In this document: in pieces, positions 60,845-64,000 of the stretch
How positions within the stretch are numbered: the stretch's first letter is position 1
How the letters are laid out: every line of letters begins with the position of its first letter
Source of the DNA: an uncultured Thermoplasmatales archaeon
Lineage (GTDB): Archaea; Thermoplasmatota; E2; DHVEG-1
Assembly: GCA_964615235.1 (NCBI GenBank)
Contig: CAZTMK010000012.1
Location: 844-64,843 of the forward strand
Reading direction: 5' to 3'
DNA: 64,000 bases
Notes under the pieces: model-generated
Told to the model about the DNA's origin: nothing
Databases searched by the model: none
Seen by the model: only the letters and a program-made list of their open reading frames with translations
Position numbers and translations under genes: made by a program

Positions 60845-61100
60845 GAGCCTTAATAAGAAGACCCCTTTGATTGGCGATGATCTGGGGAGGCAAGTTTAAG
60901 GCAACATGTTGGTGCCAACTTAGGGTCCCTCTTTGATCTTATAGACGAAACGTCATGAAATGAAAGGAGGACAACCATGGTATCATACAAATGCCGCGAT
61001 ACAAGTTATTTACTCATTCCTTCTGCTGCGATAAGGGGAGTGTTTAACTGCGCCCAAGAACCTATAATTCTTAGGTGACAGCGGCAAACAATTGACTCAT
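60845..61100. ncRNA. Candidate structured RNA of unknown class
   Basis: GC-enriched intergenic segment with several complementary pairs (see findings). Confidence 0.4.
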
Positions 61101-61102
61101 GT

Positions 61103-61120
61103 GTAAGCTTTAAATATAAT
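61103..61120 (+). promoter_or_regulatory. Probable rRNA operon BRE/TATA promoter
   Basis: GTAAGCTTTAAATATAAT, about 250 bp before 16S and followed by a structured leader. Confidence 0.55.
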
Positions 61121-61295
61121 TACCATATACGTCTTAATTCCAAATTCATAGCCCAGACCTTTCCGGTTAATCCATGAGGGTGAGGTATCGCTCGTATCTA
61201 TGAATGGATTGTTTCCGTCTTGGGCAACAAAATGATATGTGGGGGTTCAAGAAAACAGCAGCCCGTTAATCTGTTGGCCCTCTTGAATCTGACTA

Positions 61296-61327
61296 TTGGC
61301 ATGTGTTGGTGATATTTGGTTCGCCCA
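61296..61327 (+). other. 5' strand of 16S processing stem (bulge-helix-bulge)
   Basis: CATGTGTT-GGTG-ATA-TTTGGT..CGCCCA pairs with 62842-62872 TGGGCG-ACCAAA-CACC-AAA-AACACATG. Confidence 0.9.
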
Positions 61328-61363
61328 CCAAATTCCAAATAAAATAGGATAATAGTGTGTATG

Positions 61364-62831
<1,468 letters not shown>

Positions 62832-62932
62832 ACGAAATTAATGGGCGACCAAACACCAAAAACACATGTCAAATCAAAAAGTATATTAACTCTTAGCAAA
62901 TAGTTACCGGCTCCGTAAGAGATAGATACAAA

Positions 62933-63004
62933 GGGCCGGTAGATCAGCGGAAGATCGCCTGCTTTGCAAGCAGGAGGCCATGGGTTCAAATCCCATCCGG
63001 TCCA
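62933..63004 (+). tRNA. tRNA-Ala (TGC) in the 16S-23S spacer
   Basis: GGGCCGG/CCGGTCC stem with G3:U70, CCTGC-TTTGCAA-GCAGG arm. Confidence 0.96.
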
Positions 63005-63160
63005 CTACGATTTTCCAATAGGTTCATGAATACGTTATCTAGATCTTGAGAACTAGATAGTAAGAGCGTAGACGAAGCAACAATGTTGCAATGAAAGTCA
63101 ATGATCGCTGCCATTAAAATCATTTATAATGGTGTGCATACGTAACCTGGACGTAAATTG

Positions 63161-64000
63161 AGCCAGAATTGCGCCATTTGGTGGATTGCTTGGTTCGAGT
63201 GCTGAAGAAGGTCGTGCCAAGCCGCGATATTACTCCGTGTAGGCGCAAGGAGCCTTTGAAGCGGAGATTACTGAATAGGACATCCTACCACTTATAGTGG
63301 AACTCACTTTGTGAGGAGGAACCTGCCGAATTGAAACATCTGAGTAGGCAGAGGAAAAGAAATCAAAAGAGATTGGGTTATTAAAGGCGATCGAACACCC
63401 AATAGAGCAAACCGAATCTTATAGCGAAGAGCTATGGGAGATGTGGAGTTTGGACTCTTATACTTCCAAACTGGTTAACTTAAAGTCCTCTGGAACGAGG
63501 CGCCATAGAGGGTGATAGCCCTGTAGAGGTAAACCAGTGGAAGATTTTTGAGTATCCAGAGTAACGTGCGTTGGATATCGCGCGTGAATTTGGGAGACAT
63601 AAACTTCTAACTCTAAATACAACTCGAGACCGATAGCGTAGTAGTAGCGCGAGTGAAAGTTGCAAAGTACCCCTTGCGGGAGGTGCAAAGAGCATGAAAT
63701 CAAATGGTTACAGACTGATAAGGCGTGAAAGCAAAGAATCCAATTATATTGGTGGAGCAGCGTCTTATCGTCCGTTTCGAAAAATGGGCCAGGGAGTTCC
63801 GGGTGATGGCAAGGTTAAGGATGAAAATCTGTAACCGTAGCGAAAGCGAATGTCCGCAGGCAACAAGGGACAGGGTGTGCTCGCCTGTAGTCATTACCTC
63901 GAGACCCGAAGCCAGTCGATCTATGCGTGGCCAGGTTGAAGCCCTGTGAAAACGGGGTGGAGGACCGAACCGGTACTGATGTGCAAATCGTTCGGATGAG
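63161..64000 (+). rRNA. rrl: 23S rRNA (5' part; start approximate)
   Basis: GGTGGATTGCTTGG, GAATTGAAACATCTGAGTA, GACCGATAGCG, GACCCGAAGCC. Confidence 0.97.

Noticed and set aside
60845..61100. RNase P, SRP or 5S RNA identity
   Set aside because: No GAGGAAAGUCC-type RNase P core, SRP helix-8 motif or 5S consensus recognised; kept as an unknown candidate

Overview
Archaeal chromosomal window, AT-rich. The 16S/23S sequence and gene content point to Thermoplasmatota, probably a Marine Benthic Group D / Thermoprofundales-like sediment lineage (inferred, not database-checked). It carries many secreted hydrolases (two C25 gingipain-like peptidases, an M28 peptidase, an HExxH metalloprotease, an LTD-PLD protein, a secreted rhodanese) and core metabolism genes (asnA, thiC, purF, rpiA, kptA, ipk-fni-GGPPS-gltX, EF-1beta, pyrF). 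It also holds an alpha-glucan/glycogen cluster, a glycosyltransferase-radical SAM-flippase cluster, tRNA-Cys, tRNA-Lys and a linked 16S-tRNA-Ala-23S operon with a canonical bulge-helix-bulge stem. No CRISPR, transposase or integrase was seen. Best leads: a structured ~250-nt element upstream of the rRNA promoter; a structured leader before the large C25 gene; a shared C-terminal domain on unrelated secreted enzymes; a permuted Ig-like insert inside a C25 catalytic domain; an EamA-RAM fusion with a stand-alone RAM partner; a membrane-anchored regulator module with phased repeats; a ~3-kb islet bounded by a tRNA-Cys 5' fragment; and a radical SAM enzyme in a glycosylation locus. All family calls come from motif recognition by eye.
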